A stretch of DNA of 64,000 nucleotides, taken from Callorhinchus milii (Eukaryota). Position numbers and translations under genes: made by a program. The notes under the pieces are model-generated. The model did no database searches and was not told where the DNA came from. It saw only the letters and a program-made list of their open reading frames with translations. The DNA lies in assembly GCF_018977255.1 (NCBI RefSeq), contig NW_024704743.1:55492001-55556000 (forward strand), given 5' to 3'. Of the stretch, positions 61,986-64,000 are shown one piece after another (within the stretch, counting starts at the first letter, position 1; every line of letters starts with the position of its first letter).

Positions 61986-63279
61986 TTTTTAACTATTATA
62001 TATAATACTGAAATATTTTGAGAGGAATTATATTAAAAGCAAATCTTGCTGGGTTTTTATCCAGAGTTGCGGCCCATTCTGCTACACATCTGTGTCTACT
62101 TTTGGAAGATAATTACGCACTCTATTTGTTAGCAGAAATGATTTTGGCAGAAACCTTATTCTCCGAACTGGACTAACCTTTTGATCCTAAAATGGCAATT
62201 TTACTCTTAGTTCTGTTTGTTAACAATGACTAATTAGTAAGAATTGGTTACAATATGTGTCCTACTTCTTGAATAGGAAGTTTGAGGGACAGTTTGCTGA
62301 TGCTATCACAATGTTTGCAGCAACTACATTCAAAGCAATTCATCAAAATCCTTGACAAGTTATTTATAGCCTCCACAAAACGGATAATTGTCTGTGATAT
62401 TTCTCATAGCTTTTATGGTAATAATGAACAAAAGTACCATTCATCATTAAAAAAACAGAATGGTAACTTTCCTGATAATGATAGATTTTTTTCGATAACA
62501 ATTTTACTTAGACAGGAGAGAGGGAGGTCATTTTTTTATTGAATATATTCCCTCTTGCACTTACTTTCTCTTTTAATATTCCTTTATTGTCTAACAGAGA
62601 TGGGGGGGGCGGGGGGGGACACATCCTGTAGATTCCCAAATTTTTCACCCAGCCGTATAATCAAAGTGACAATCTGATTCAATATTTTCAAACTAATTAA
62701 CAGAATTATCAAAATGTGACAAAAATCAAAAATATGTTTGCATTAGGAGTTGACTCTTCATTTCATATTATCCTGAGGTACTCTTTCCAGCACTTTTTAG
62801 CAATTCCTGCAATAATTATAATGCAATATCATTTACAATTCTCTAGTGTTTTTTGCATCGGGAGGATGTCTCAAAGTCTCGGCATTGCTAACTGGGCACC
62901 CAAGTTCAGGGTGGGAGCTGAGAGGGGTGGAAATGGGAAAGATGACTCAGGGTGGGCAAAGTTTTGAAACAGGCCTTGATCAAGGAGAGGGAGGAAGTGA
63001 GACTCCTTGATTGAGTTCCAGAAAATGAATTTAAGCTGCAATTTTACATTGGATCAATGTTTGAACATAAGACTTTCTGATTAAATGAATACTGTGAAAA
63101 CAATGTCATTGACCATCAGTAGAGGGTGGTTAGTCTATTTGTACTGTTTGACCATCAGGTCGTTCGAGAACTGCAAAGGGGTGGGAATGTAAGCCATAAT
63201 GCAGATTGTTTTCAGAATATTGGGTGTTAAGATAGTTATTCAGCACAAATGTTGCAGTTTTTAATTATTACCTGGAATG

Positions 63280-63848
63280 GAATAGGAGGACGGGTATTAG
63301 TCAGACCCCATCTGGACTACTGGGTTCAGTTTTGGGCAACCACATCTCAGGAAAGATATATTGACCCTGGAAAAGGTGCACGTCAGGTTCACCAGAATGT
63401 TACCAGGCCTAAAAGGGTTAAGTTACAATGAAAGGCTGCGTAAACTTGGGTTGTATTGCCTTGAGTTTAGAAGGTTGAGGGGTGATTTGATTGAGGTATT
63501 TAAAATGATAAAGGGATTTGATAGGTAGATACAGAGAAGCTATTCCCTCTGGTGGGGGAATCCAAAACAAAGGGACGCAGTCTTAAAATTAGAACCAGGC
63601 CATTTAAGAGTGAAATCAGGAAGCATTTTTTTTACTCAAAGGGTGGTAGAGATCAGGAATTCTCTCCCCCAAAAGGCCATGGAGGCTGGATCAATCCACA
63701 CCTTCAAGAATGAGGTTGATAGATTTTTAGTAGGAAATGAAATTGAAAGGATTAGTTGAGGTACAGATCAGCCATGATCTAATTAAATGGTCGAACAGGC
63801 TCGAAGGGCTGAACAGCCTACTCCTGTTCCTATATTCCTATGTTTCTA
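63280..63848 (+). mobile_element. CR1 LINE 3' fragment
   Basis: LVRPHLDYWVQFW peptide; RLRGDLIEVFK-coding segment; tail cctactcctgttcctatattcctatg. Confidence 0.9.
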
Positions 63849-64000
63849 AAGGCTGTGAAACTGGATTAATTGTAAAAATATTTAAGATAATTAATTCCAT
63901 TATGGAAAGAAGGTAAAGTGAGTATACTAGAAAGATGGGAAAATGGGTCAAAGAGTCTTCTTCCATCCTTTCTTGTGATCTTGTAGAATTTATAGCCTCA

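Overview
Eukaryotic genomic DNA, most likely from a cartilaginous fish (the repeat content looks chimaera/shark-like; this is inference). The window holds a complete 10-exon ANKMY2 gene on + (CDS 10848-44486, 453 aa, all introns GT-AG and phase-compatible). It also holds the last six coding exons of a convergent LRRC72 gene on - (55392-49433). A CpG island at about 7250-11350 is probably the bidirectional promoter shared with BZW2, inferred from conserved vertebrate synteny; no BZW2 coding exon was found. The rest is dense with L2 LINEs (one 2-kb copy with an intact RT domain), CR1 fragments, two tRNA-derived SINE types (Deu-domain and CORE-like) sharing one 3' body and an L2-type tail, a solo LTR, Penelope-type remnants and a foldback element. 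Most ORF-track entries are spurious or repeat-derived. The most notable observations are: a SINE/L2 3' hairpin with a compensatory base pair and apparent tail updating; a switch-region-like 15-mer minisatellite in the promoter island; a strong G-quadruplex just before the ANKMY2 ATG; a regenerated splice donor at ANKMY2 exon 9, which is also flanked by inverted SINEs; and several long inverted-repeat pairs. I found no evidence of a new protein-coding system. All comparisons were made by eye or from memory, and repeat boundaries are approximate.
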